Positions 11,236-23,329 of a DNA stretch of 64,000 bases are shown piece after piece (positions within the stretch are counted from its first letter, which is position 1; every line of letters starts with the position of its first letter). Position numbers and translations under genes: made by a program. The stretch is from Octopus bimaculoides (lineage: Eukaryota), in assembly GCF_001194135.2 (NCBI RefSeq), contig NC_068994.1, positions 39,464,516-39,528,515 on the forward strand, written 5' to 3'. Below the pieces are notes generated by a model. That model was not told the DNA's origin. It made no database searches and was given only the letters and a program-made list of their open reading frames with translations.

Positions 11236-13638
11236 TTATTCCTTTAAAGAAGTTATCATAGTTGAATAAAGTAAGAATATTAAATAACTTACAGGAAGAC
11301 TTCTTTCTCGGTTGGGCTGACAATATATTTCAGAGGGCAAAGAGCCCCGATTCTTGCTAAAAGATGTTGCCACGGGGACGGGGACATCATACTGAAGTGT
11401 CATTTGTTCACTATCATATCCAGGCTGTCTACTGGCACTCATACTTTTGTTAGCAGTATTTACGTTTGCTCTGTAATTTGTGTTTCTCTGGTGGTTTCTC
11501 CGTACAATACACACTGTTATTGACACTACTGTAGCTACTGATACTATCACAGCTGCCAATAAAATAATTATTACAAGATTAATGTGGATTTTATCATCTG
11601 ATTTGGTGTCTGGTGGAGTTAACATTTTAGATGTCTTATTACTAACTGTAAGTGTCAAGGATAAAGTAGTTACTGTTGATAAAACTGGGATACCACTATC
11701 CTTGACTATGAATTTCAAATCATATGATCCAGCATCATTTTGGTAAACTGTTCGAGAGAATGACAATACACCCGTGTAAGGATTAATGGTAAATAACTGC
11801 TTATCGTTACCACCTAAAATTTCATATCTGAGAAAAGCATTCACATGACTGTCCCTGTCTGAGGCTCTCAAAACAGTAATATCTTTTTTACTCTGTGGAT
11901 GGTAATAAATATCCAAGCTGAAAGGGTTAACACTAGGAAATATAAAATATGGAGCATTGTCGTTTTTGTCCATGACTTCAATGATGACATTGGCTGTATT
12001 GTTTAATGACGGTGTTCCATTGTCTTTAACAAAAACTCTGAATTTATATATATCTTGTTGTTCTCGGTCTAAGGATTTTGTAGTTAAAATGAAACCAAAG
12101 TTAGAAATTTCAAAAGGAAGTGTGTATCTTTGAGTCAATAGAGAATAAGTTAACTGTCCACCTGGTCCAAGATCAGGATCTATGGTATTAATCAAGCCAA
12201 CAGGAAAATATGGTTTTTCATTCTCATAGGTCAGGAACTTGAAAGAATCTTTGGAAAATTTTGGCTGTACATCATTGACATCCATCACCTGAATAGAGAA
12301 TCTCCTTTGAGTTTTTAAAGGTGGTGATCCTTTGTCTTCACATGTAATGGTAAAATCAGTTTGGTTTTCGGTTTCCCGGTCAACAGAATTTTTAACAACT
12401 ACTTTGTATTTTTTTTGGCCAAAGCTCTGAAGCTGAAGCTTTTCATGTTGTAGGTCACAACTTACATGACCATTCTGACCAGTGTCATTATCAATAACTT
12501 TGACAAATGCAATAAAGCTACCAACTTCTGCTCTCTCTGATATTGTGACTGTATTTCCCGTTGATTCAGTAACAAATTTTATATCTACTTCTGGTGCATT
12601 ATTCTGCTGATTAATGACATTAACTCGAACCATAACTATACTACTCAAAGGAGGGAAACCTCCATCTTTAGCTTCAATGAACAGTTTATAGGTAACTCTT
12701 TTGCCACTTGTAGATTTACCATGAAAGAAAATCTCTCCAGTTGATTCATCTAAATCAAAATGTGATTTGGTTAAATCTGATGTTTTGCTACTGAAATGAT
12801 AGGAAATTTTACCATTGTTGTCTGTGTCTAAGTCTGTTGCTGTCAGAACGATGACAGATTCCCCTCTGTGGTATCCATTGTTTATTGTAATATTGTAAAT
12901 GTTCTGAGAGAAAATGGGAGGGTTGTCATTTATATCAGTGACAGATATATGCACAGTTAAAATTCCTTGTAGAGAAGGCATTCCACCATCTTTGGCAATA
13001 ACCCGAATTATGTAATTGTCTTTTATTTCCCTATCAATTTCATTTTCTAAAATAATTTGTAGGTTGTAAGAGCCATCAACTCTTTTATAAACAGCAAGTT
13101 CAAAGGGCTCATTTACTTTTTTCTCTAGATGGTATATAATTTTAGAATTAAATATACCAACATCGCGATCAATTGCATTTGCAATTGATCGCTTACTTCC
13201 CTTTTTATCACCCTCAGAAAACTTGAGGTTAATTTCATCTGTAGGAAATTTTGGAGAATTGTCATTGATATCTTTGATGATAACTTTAATTTCTAATATC
13301 TTGATAAAGGATTCCCTTTTCTGAACAGCAATATCCACCATCTCAAAACACTCAGTATTATATTTACAAAAAGATTCAGCATCCAGTGTTTGAGCAGTGT
13401 AGAGTTTACCAGTTTTGGTAACATTAAACAACTGACGTTTATCCGTAACATGTTGTTGCAGTTGATTAAATTTGATTAAATAGTGGTCTTTTATAGGGAT
13501 ACTGTTCATTAAATGTGTATCACTTCTGATATCACCCAAGTAAAATCCAGGATCTTTACCTTCTTCAACATAATATGTAAAGTCAATACATTCACAGACA
13601 TGGAGAAAAAATATGTGTACTAGTGCTTGTACAAACAT
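11236..13638 (-). CDS. Protocadherin (cephalopod-type, 6 extracellular cadherin repeats), main coding exon; true end probably in a downstream exon
   Basis: 814-aa ORF. Likely start ATG 13638 (MFVQALVHIFFLHVCEC signal peptide); an in-frame ATG at 13680 is preceded by a stop. Cadherin motifs: EEG/LDAE/DINDNSPKF, IDRE/DINDNPPIF, VDRE/DVNDVQP, LDRE/DKNDNAPYF, AxDxD and KDGG in the repeats. TM INLVIIILLAAVIVSVATVVSITVCIV at 11503-11583, then a basic RRNHQR stop-transfer. The paralog cannot be assigned without a phylogeny. Confidence 0.97.
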   Translation of the reverse strand: MFVQALVHIFFLHVCECIDFTYYVEEGKDPGFYLGDIRSDTHLMNSIPIKDHYLIKFNQLQQHVTDKRQLFNVTKTGKLYTAQTLDAESFCKYNTECFEMVDIAVQKRESFIKILEIKVIIKDINDNSPKFPTDEINLKFSEGDKKGSKRSIANAIDRDVGIFNSKIIYHLEKKVNEPFELAVYKRVDGSYNLQIILENEIDREIKDNYIIRVIAKDGGMPSLQGILTVHISVTDINDNPPIFSQNIYNITINNGYHRGESVIVLTATDLDTDNNGKISYHFSSKTSDLTKSHFDLDESTGEIFFHGKSTSGKRVTYKLFIEAKDGGFPPLSSIVMVRVNVINQQNNAPEVDIKFVTESTGNTVTISERAEVGSFIAFVKVIDNDTGQNGHVSCDLQHEKLQLQSFGQKKYKVVVKNSVDRETENQTDFTITCEDKGSPPLKTQRRFSIQVMDVNDVQPKFSKDSFKFLTYENEKPYFPVGLINTIDPDLGPGGQLTYSLLTQRYTLPFEISNFGFILTTKSLDREQQDIYKFRVFVKDNGTPSLNNTANVIIEVMDKNDNAPYFIFPSVNPFSLDIYYHPQSKKDITVLRASDRDSHVNAFLRYEILGGNDKQLFTINPYTGVLSFSRTVYQNDAGSYDLKFIVKDSGIPVLSTVTTLSLTLTVSNKTSKMLTPPDTKSDDKIHINLVIIILLAAVIVSVATVVSITVCIVRRNHQRNTNYRANVNTANKSMSASRQPGYDSEQMTLQYDVPVPVATSFSKNRGSLPSEIYCQPNRERSLPVSYLIFLLYSTMITSLKE
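11287..11292 (-). other. Splice donor (CCT|GTAAGT), phase 0, after Pro796 of the ORF
   Basis: Consensus GTAAGT. The sequence immediately after it becomes AT-rich and intron-like, and the ORF ends 18 codons later. Confidence 0.7.
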
Positions 13639-13718
13639 GTTTTTCACAAATATTTCCAGTATGTATGGATGATAAGTCATATCTTAGTGCAAAATAGTTA
13701 TCAAACCATTTGTAATTT

Positions 13719-13745
13719 CTGGAAAAGAATAAAATAAAGATAATA
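13719..13745 (-). other. Splice acceptor of the protocadherin main exon
   Basis: Minus strand reads tctttattttattcttttccag|aaattac: a long polypyrimidine tract plus CAG, about 80 nt upstream of ATG 13638. Confidence 0.75.
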
Positions 13746-14420
13746 TAATATATTGTGGCAATTGCAATACACAGTTCCTGCAAAGCAATTTTGTTTGTCA
13801 TTTGTAATTTTGTTTGAAACATGTACAGTTAAACAAATTCTCATTAAAAACTGCATCAAATCCCAAATGTATAAATTATAGAAAAACATATTTTATGTTC
13901 ATAACATCTTAAATTATCAGTTTTATATCCATAATGTATAAATTATCTGTTTCAATATTTATGTGAGTAAAAAAATCAAGAGATACATCTCTGGTCTTCC
14001 TAGGCAGCAGGATAATGACATTAATATGTGAATGACCAAAGTATATTATTATTAAAAAAAAAATATATTCCCATCAACTGTAACAAAGATAATCGTATTT
14101 CTATTTTCATGTCATTAATATTTGTTTGACCATTCTAGCATGAACACGACAGGTGTACATCGCTTCAGTTGGCATCATGTAAAAATTCTATAGAAATTTT
14201 GAACATATTTCTATGATGTTATCCTGAAGTAAACTAAATCTATTGTTCAAGTGTGTGTATAGTGTTGTCTGCATGTGTCTGCTTATGTGCGTATGTGTGA
14301 GGGGGTATGTCGGTGTGGAGAGAGAGAAAGAGAGAGAACACATCTCTCACTCTCTCTATATATAAATATATGTATGCATATATTCAGAGAGAGAGAGAGA
14401 GAGTGAGAGAAATAGACATA

Positions 14421-14466
<46 letters not shown>

Positions 14467-15234
14467 CACATACATATATATATATGTATGTATTTCTAAA
14501 TAAATAAATAGACATGTGTATGCATTTGCTACTATAATGTATACTCATATATGCATACATTCATACATATACCCATACATATATGTATAAAAACACACAT
14601 ACATTCGCACATACAAACACATTACTGGTAGTGATCAGAAAAAAGACAACTCAATGCCAGTGTTAGAGCATAAAACATATTCATATATAGTGAGCTAGAA
14701 ATTCATTATGGTAATATACAAGGCTTTCACAATCTTCAGCCTGTAAATTCTGAGGGAAGCTAAGATGGAGGATAGGGTAGTAATATTTTGAAATGAGCAG
14801 CAAAAATCTTATATAGACAAGATATATGAACCTCATCTTCATATGGCTTAATGAGAGATAAGGTTCACAGTGTGATGAACATTAGAATAATCTCACTTTA
14901 TCAATATTAAACCATAATAACAAGTTTAATATATCTGCTTAGTGTGTGAGCTTTCCAAATATGCCTACTACACTGTCTGCATTCTTACATTTAGCCAGAA
15001 TTTACTTCAGAGACCAACGAATGAAACTTAGTCCTGTGTCTATCTAACACTTCAGGCACCAATATGAATTCTGGCTGATCATAAATAGCTACATACATAC
15101 ACATATATGTAGGCGCATAATAAATTATATATTCTAAAGACATATTATAATCGCATATTTTATAGGTGACTATATACATGAACTCACACACTTATATACA
15201 CACAAATATATATATATACATACATATACATATT

Positions 15235-15311
<77 letters not shown>

Positions 15312-15315
<4 letters not shown>

Positions 15316-15555
15316 TCATCATCATCATCGTCATTTAAAATCTGCTTTCCATGCTAGCATGGGTTAGATGGTTTGACCAGAATTGGTAAGCCGGAGAGCT
15401 GCACCAGATTCCAGACTGATTTGGCATGGTTTCTATGGCTGGATGCCTTTAGTAATGCCAACCACTCCAAGAATATAATGGGTGCTTTGAACGTGTCACC
15501 AGTGCATGTGCCAGTCACATGACACTGGCATCAGCCATGACTATATTTTCACTTA
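15312..15555 (-). mobile_element. RTE-like LINE 3' UTR fragment with (ATG)n tail
   Basis: The reverse complement matches 59200-59410 (tggttggcat..gcatccagccatagaaaccatgccaaatcag...ttaaatgatgatg). Confidence 0.75.
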
Positions 15556-16460
15556 CATATCTATATAAATTATATATATATATTTATAAATATAAAAAAG
15601 TATTACTTAGTATTTTAGTTTTTAAATTCTAATTTCAGTAGTAATATTTTAAGTTCATTTTTACTTCTTGTCCTGTATTTTTCCATTTTCAATACATTCT
15701 GTACTGACATTTTACTTTCTGTTACTACTTGTTCAGTACTTTATCAGGTTCAATACTTGGCAATATTCTAGAATTCTGCACCCGCATTTTTCATTCTAGT
15801 ATATATGTATAATATATATGCACCCCAATGTTTCTGTCATTCATCTTTTTATCATCTGACCAATTACACCTAACCAGAAACCCTGCATACCAATGAAATA
15901 AATGAGCAGCATCTTCTGAATGAATAGTTTTTCCTACATGTATTCAATAATCTTTCTCTTGTGCATACCTCCCCATGTATGGCTGAGTGGTAAAGAAGTT
16001 TACTTTACAATCACGTAGTTTCTAATTTGATCCCATGGCTAGAAATTTTCAGCAAATGTATTTTCTTGTGATTGCACTAAAAATATATCTCCTTTTGCAA
16101 TTTGATTGCAAGTGACAAACTAACTTCAACTTGAATTGACTACTTGAAATTTGAAATTTCTAAGGAGAATTTTGGCATAAGAAATGAATATGGAATAAGT
16201 TTGCATGAGCAATCTGCTTTTCATTTTGGATATGACTCCAAGTCAAAAATATTATTCTATTACAACCAGTGACTGGTATCTTGAGTCGACCTATGTCTTA
16301 TGTGATTAAGTGGGTAAATAGAAACTGTGTGGAACTGATTTGGATAAACTTTACATGTAATTCAAAAGCCCAGATCTATCACACACTTTGTCATACACAC
16401 TCTGTCCAAGGATTAAGTACAGAATACCCTTGTCCACTTGTATTTTAATATAATTAGTAG

Positions 16461-16662
16461 ATGGTGATGAGCTGGTAGAACTGTTACAATAAAAAGCTTA
16501 GTGGAATTTTGTTCATCATTACATTCTGAGCTCAAATTCCACCAAGTTTAATTTCGCCTTTCATCCTTTTGGTGTCAATAAAATAAGTACCTGTTGAGCA
16601 CTGGGGTCAATGTTATCAACTAAACCCTCCCTTGGCCTTATGCCAAAATTTGAAATCAATAT
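16461..16662 (+). mobile_element. SINE family A
   Basis: ggtgatgagctggtagaa head, gagctcaaattcc B box, gcctttcatccttttggtgtcaataaaataagtacc core, ggccttatgccaaaatttgaa tail. Confidence 0.85.
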
Positions 16663-17467
16663 TACCAGGGATCTATCTACATGTATACACCTGCAGACAC
16701 ACACATCCAAGCACACACAGACAGGCATATATATATATATATATATATATANNNNNNNNNNNNNNNNNNNNNNNNNNNNNNNNNNNNNNNNNNNNNNNNN
16801 NNNNNNNNNNNNNNNNNNNNNNNNNNNNNNNNNNNNNNNNNNNNNNNNNNNNNNNNNNNNNNNNNNNNNNNNNNNNNNNNNNNNNNNNNNNNNNNNNNNN
16901 NNNNNNNNNNNNNNNNNNNNNNNNNNNNNNNNNNNNNNNNNNNNNNNNNNNNNNNNNNNNNNNNNNNNNNNNNNNNNNNNNNNNNNNNNNNNNNNNNNNN
17001 NNNNNNNNNNNNNNNNNNNNNNNNNNNNNNNNNNNNNNNNNNNNNNNNNNNNNNNNNNNNNNNNNNNNNNNNNNNNNNNNNNNNNNNNNNNNNNNNNNNN
17101 NNNNNNNNNNNNNNNNNNNNNNNNNNNNNNNNNNNNNNNNNNNNNNNNNNNNNNNNNNNNNNNNNNNNNNNNNNNNNNNNNNNNNNNNNNNNNNNNNNNN
17201 NNNNNNNNNNNNNNNNNNNNNATATATATACATACATACATACATACACAGACATTTCACTAAATCTGTAAATAAAACCATTTGCACACCAGTTATATTC
17301 AATCCATAGATTCTTCAATGGATTGGTGGTCACCTTGATCTTTGATTAAGGAATTTTGCTACACACACACACACACACACACACACAGATATTTATAAAA
17401 ATAGATAGACAGACAGACAGACAGACAGATAGATCGACAGACAGACAGACTGATAGATAGATAGATC

Positions 17468-17504
<37 letters not shown>

Positions 17505-18881
17505 CCACACACAGAGCTATATAAACATATGTACACCAATGACTTGTAGGGACATTGTATTTAATCATACAACCCTAATATACTGCAAACTAAATTAAAC
17601 ACTTTGTAGGTCAATACTGTATTCTACTGTGTTAGCACTGCTATTAAATCACTTGTTAAGATTATCTCTACAGATTTTCTATAGAAAATATGTGATATTT
17701 CAGGGACTTCTCACTCCTTCACCAGCACCCATCCAACCCATTAACCACTCATGAACTCATTGCATATACGTGCATTACTCATTTTTCATCTTCAATCTCG
17801 TTGTTGTTTACATTTAACATACTCAGATATGAAACCTTGTAACAAATCAATGTTGGCTATAATTGCTATAGAAAATATGTAGAGACAACCTTAACAAATG
17901 ATACATATATACATATGTGTATACATACATGCATACATGCATGCATACATGCATACATACATATATTCATACATGCATACATACATGCATACATACATAT
18001 ATTCATACATGCATACATACATATATTCATACATGCATTTTGATATGCATTTGAAGAGGGCAATCATGCATAATTTATACAAGTCTTAAGCAATTTATCA
18101 CACACTTATTTGTGTCATGTAGTTTGAAATGGAATGCTACTGAAACAATTATAACCAACATTAAAATTGTTATACTGATATCTTCATCTTTGTCTTCTAT
18201 TTTACACTGCAAAAATACATACTAATTCATTCTATTTATGACATGAATCCAGATGTTTTGTATCTATGAATTATATTTGAGGGAATCACAACATTAAATA
18301 TCAATTTTTATGTGTAGACAGCCAAGAATTCATATCAAGTATTGCATAAGGAATACATCAAGATTTTACTAAACTCAAATTTATTTAATATAGGTTCCTG
18401 TGTAAATCCTACAAAACATGGACTGAATCAAACTGTTTTAAATAATGTATGTGTTTTTGTTTACACACACACATCTGTATATGTGTGTGTATGTGTATAT
18501 ATATATATGTGTGTATATGTATATATGTGTACATATATATTTTTTTCCAAGTATGTATATATATATATATATTTGTTTTCGTTCAGTTTCCTTGTACGTC
18601 TCCACTGTTATGTTTTTGTTTCCAACTCTGACACTCCATAAATCCTAAATTTTATTTTAGAATTTATAGGAGTAACTGTCTTTGAAGACTTATATTGTCA
18701 TTGAATGCTCAAAATGAGGAATAGTTAGACAGCCAACAACTGATGAAGGGTCCTTTCTCTCTGTTTACTTGTCCTGTTTTCCATTTTTTTTCTCGTTTAC
18801 ATATGTAACTCATTTGTTTATGTATTTCATGTTGTCTGAACCGTTGGTGATGTCTTGAACTCATATATGCATGTATGTATG

Positions 18882-18912
<31 letters not shown>

Positions 18913-21684
18913 NNNNNNNNNNNNNNNNNNNNNNNNNNNNNNNNNNNNNNNNNNNNNNNNNNNNNNNNNNNNNNNNNNNNNNNNNNNNNNNNNNNNNNNN
19001 NNNNNNNNNNNNNNNNNNNNNNNNNNNNNNNNNNNNNNNNNNNNNNNNNNNNNNNNNNNNNNNNNNNNNNNNNNNNNNNNNNNNNNNNNNNNNNNNNNNN
19101 NNNNNNNNNNNNNNNNNNNNNNNNNNNNNNNNNNNNNNNNNNNNNNNNNNNNNNNNNNNNNNNNNNNNNNNNNNNNNNNNNNNNNNNNNNNNNNNNNNNN
19201 NNNNNNNNNNNNNNNNNNNNNNNNNNNNNNNNNNNNNNNNNNNNNNNNNNNTATATATTGAATAGAAATGGCTTTTCTGATAATTTTTCTACTTTAATAA
19301 TTTGGTGTTTAAACATCTAATTAAAATGGAAAAATTATCAGAAAATTCATTTCCATTATTTTTTTCAAATACATATTACTGTACCAAAGTATGAAACTAA
19401 TACAACTACACTTGCTTTTCCCTCACCTGTCTTCATCTTTTGTTTTCTGTAAATTTGAACTATATATATATATATATACACAAGCAAGGAAACAAATGGA
19501 AGAAAGTAGTACTGAACGCATATACAGTTGGCTTTTGAGTAAAATATATATTTAATAGAGCCCAGTTATTTCCTCTTTTGAAATATACAGTATCTACTAA
19601 ATCCTGACTACCTGACTATAGTGCAACTTCTACAGTTTTGCATCAATCTTTTACACAAAATTACTTCTTTTATTGTATAATATTATGGTTATTCAGTGTA
19701 CAGAAAAGAGGTTCCGTGATTGCTATAAGATTTGCTCTTTCAAGCCTGGTGCAAGATTGTCTCTATTATATTTTGTCTGAATTTTGCATGACATTTTTTT
19801 TCTAAATGTGAATTTACTATTGGTCATGCCTTATGCCTGATATTCTGCTAGCAGAGATACTGTAAGTCATGCATCAAGCAGCTTCTGTTGTATAGCTTTG
19901 GCTATTACCAGATCTTCTCTGTTACTTCTTTAGTGAGTACTAGATTTAATTATCTGTAAAACTATCTTATGGCTTGTTTTATTCTGATATTTTTACTACT
20001 TAAGCTGTTTTGTATATATTAAGAAATCACTCTATGATGCAGAACTTCGGAGATGCTTTATCAATCAATGTAATTTAAAATGCATTGTGAAAATGCCGAA
20101 CACAGGCAGTACACAATGAAAAGAACATCAAAACTGCAGTTTGAAACAGCAATGGACTATACATGAAACATTCAATTTAATGGAATATAGAAGATTATTT
20201 ACATATATTGAAAAATACAATGGAGTTGAATTAGTTGGAGAAACTTGATAGAAAACTATTAAAATCTTATCAGCATCAGGATCTCACTCACCTTCTCTCT
20301 CTCTCTCTCCTCTCTCTATCTATCTATCTCTATAAATATGTATATATGTGTGTGTGTATGTGCGTACATATATATATATATATATATGTATGTATATGTA
20401 CATGCATATACATATTTTCGTATATACTAATATTTACATATATAAACATATGAATACACGCACACATACACACATAACGATCCTGTGTCAAGGTGAAGAG
20501 CTCTCAATGAAATGAATACAGAATAAACCATACATTTTTACGATTATAGAATGCAGTCAATTCATTATTCTAAACGTATCAAAATTACTCAAAGACATTC
20601 AATATGATTCAGTTCATTATCATCAGACCTAATTGACTTGTGCATCTCCTTCACTCAAATTAATGCGAATTAGGTGTACAAAACAACCAAATCTCATGAA
20701 AACGATATCAACTACAATGAGTGCCTTGCAATTATTTTGAAACTATTAGTAACATCGACTGATTAAGTTCTATATCTATATGTGTGTGTTTGTGTATTTG
20801 CATGCACATAAACCCACTTTTGGAAGCTGATTAGGATTGGACAAGTCTACCATACAATATATCCCCAAATATCTTCATCATTTCTCATCTTATCTACTTT
20901 TCTGTGGAGCCAAGCTTCCTGGTGTCTGACCTCACCACTTCTTCACACATCCTATTTTTTTAATGAAAATCCTTAACCAACATTAAAATAAAACAATCCT
21001 TAAGCAATATCATTATCTACTGGCATCACATGACTCTACATCATAAATGTGTTTCCTATATATATTAGCTGATTCTTTTAGTTTCCAGCCTTTTTCTTGG
21101 GTAACTTGTGCTCTGCTATTTATCCAGGTTAAACTTATATATCTATCAAATCATACTTGTCTCATTTTCACTTGTTTCTGTCTGCCTTTTGCTACCATGC
21201 AACACCAGTGTGATTTATGGTTGATTTATCTGCTAGGAATAGTAACAAGGAATAGCAAGTAAATTTGATTCAAAAGACTAATATTTTGAAAAAAGAAGTA
21301 CACAATTTATATCAATGCCCCATATATACTACCACTGGAATATATAAAAAAAAACAAGATAAACATGATTGAAACACCTTTGATCATAGGATTGCTCAAT
21401 CAGGGCTGACCTATACTACATACTATCTGAAATATACACTTTCTGTGTATATTTCATAAAGTATGTAGTATAAGCTTTACACAAAGGTAGAAATCTCACA
21501 TTAAATTGTATCACTAATTCCCTATGCTATTGATTATTCTTTTGTTATAACTACCCCAGCACTAATTAGACATGTATGCATGTATGTATACCTGAAAACA
21601 AGCAAATGTGTGCATATGATCATAACATCGTTTTCATGTATCATTTTTGAAACATTTTTCATATTTTTTTAGAATATAGCAGTC

Positions 21685-22791
21685 TACATGGTCTGATCAA
21701 TAAGTATCCGGACTGTGGTCATAATAACGAAGTGAAAGTACGCAGAGTGAAGCTGCTTGGCACAGATTGACCTTGATCTCTGCTGTGCAAGCGCTCTAAG
21801 TTTTAACATACTAGCTCAGTTCCGCTGTTTACAGCAGTGCTTGAAGTGAATGTGTGTAGTGTGTGATCATTGCATTGACCTTGGATCAACATCAAATTTT
21901 GCCAAAAGCTTGGCGATAACTGCTCAGAGGCCTATGCATAGTTGCAGGAAGTGTATGGCGAGGAGGGTATGAGCTGAAAAATGTCAAGTGATGAACGTTC
22001 TGGGAGATCCACAACCAACAGAACTGAGAAAAACATCACAGATGTGCATGCAGCTGAGGAAAAATTGTTGAATCACCATCTGTAAGTTATCAGATGTGCA
22101 GATTAGTTATAGTTCAATTCAGTCCATTATCGCTACAGATTTGGGTATGAAACGCATGTCTGTCAAGTTTGTGCCAAAACTACTTTAATCTGACAACACA
22201 CCTGTCCATTCAGCGCAGCTTGTGTAGCAGTTTTTGGATAGACACATCATTCCCAAGGTCCAACAGCCACCATATTCTCCAGATCTCACCCCTAGTGACT
22301 TTTTCCTTTTTCCAAAAATCAAATCCCGCTTGACAGGAAGAAGATTTCAGGACAGCAAGGAAATCAAAGTGAATGCAATGAGGCAGCTGCTAATGATCCC
22401 AGTAAATGAATTCCAGGAATGCTTCCGTCAATGGAAACAATGCTGGATTAAGTGTGTAATTTTTGAAGAAGACTACATTGAAGGAGATTAAATGCCAAAT
22501 AGATACATATAATAGTTTTGTTTTTATAGCACCAGTCTTGATACTTTTCTACTCTAGGCACAAGGCCTGAAATTTTGGGGGAGGGGGCCAGTTGATTAGA
22601 ACGACCCCAGTACGCAACTGATACTTAATTTATTAACCCCGAAAGGATGAAAAGCAAAGTTGACCTCGGCAGAATTTGAACTCAGAACGTAAAGACAGAT
22701 GAAATGCCACTAAGCATTTTGCCTGGCATGCTAACGTTTCTGCCAGTTCACCACCTTTACCAGCCCCGATACTTATTGATCAGACCTCGTA
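21685..22791 (+). mobile_element. Internally deleted mariner element with both TIRs (same family as 3718-4615), interrupted by a SINE
   Basis: TIRs at 21687-21715 and 22761-22789 match at 25/29 and are flanked by TA. An N-terminal remnant runs to FVPKLL (about 22185) and joins directly to the C-terminal part, ORF 22234-22491 (QPPYSPDLTPSDFFLFPKIK...DYIEGD). The central catalytic region is missing. Confidence 0.9.
22547..22758 (-). mobile_element. SINE family A inserted into the mariner right TIR
   Basis: Full family A copy, flanked by the duplicated TIR segment accagtcttgatactt (22531-22546) and accagccccgatactt (22759-22774). Confidence 0.9.
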
Positions 22792-23329
22792 TGTACAAGC
22801 GATACATGTTTCATAGCTGAAGTCACTTGTCAGTCATGTTTGAGTATGTCATTTAATCTGTGTCCGTTCTGATTGAACAGGCCATGATGTCCCAATTTTA
22901 ATTCAGATAAAAATCTTGTTGGCCCCTGTTTGGTGATGGTTGAGCACAATAGTCATGAAAAATTTTCAAGCTATCAGCATTTTGTTTTAGTCTAAGTGTA
23001 TTGCATTTAGAAGTACATTATTCAAAGTGTAATTTTTAATATGGCAGAGTATGGTATTTTCCTGCAAGTCCAGTGAATATGGCAAATGCATAAAAGTGGC
23101 ATCAACATTTCAGTGATGAATGGTTAATTAAAATATGGAATATGATTAATTAAAATATGGAAAAGAAATATTATCACTATTGAAAAATTATTCATCCAAA
23201 GTTGTACCACAACCTACTTAAGTAGCGAAATATAAATAATAAGCAAAAATTTTGAGGAAAGCAAGTTTTATTTATCCATCTATAATTGGCACAATCATGC
23301 CTGCATTGCACCATGGGAAAGTAAGTGCC

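Noticed and set aside
11480-11746. Antisense ORF over the protocadherin TM region
   Set aside because: A shadow of the real CDS on the opposite strand.
17915-18036. CRISPR-like or other spaced-repeat array
   Set aside because: A (CATA/CATG)-derived minisatellite with a ~24-bp higher-order unit and no unique spacers. The context is eukaryotic with no cas genes.
18560-18860. Possible third hammerhead remnant (tttgaagac..ttgaatgctc at 18681-18712; ctgatgaaggg at about 18741)
   Set aside because: Too many core mismatches, and no GAAA or stem II follows the ctgatga. At most a decayed repeat.
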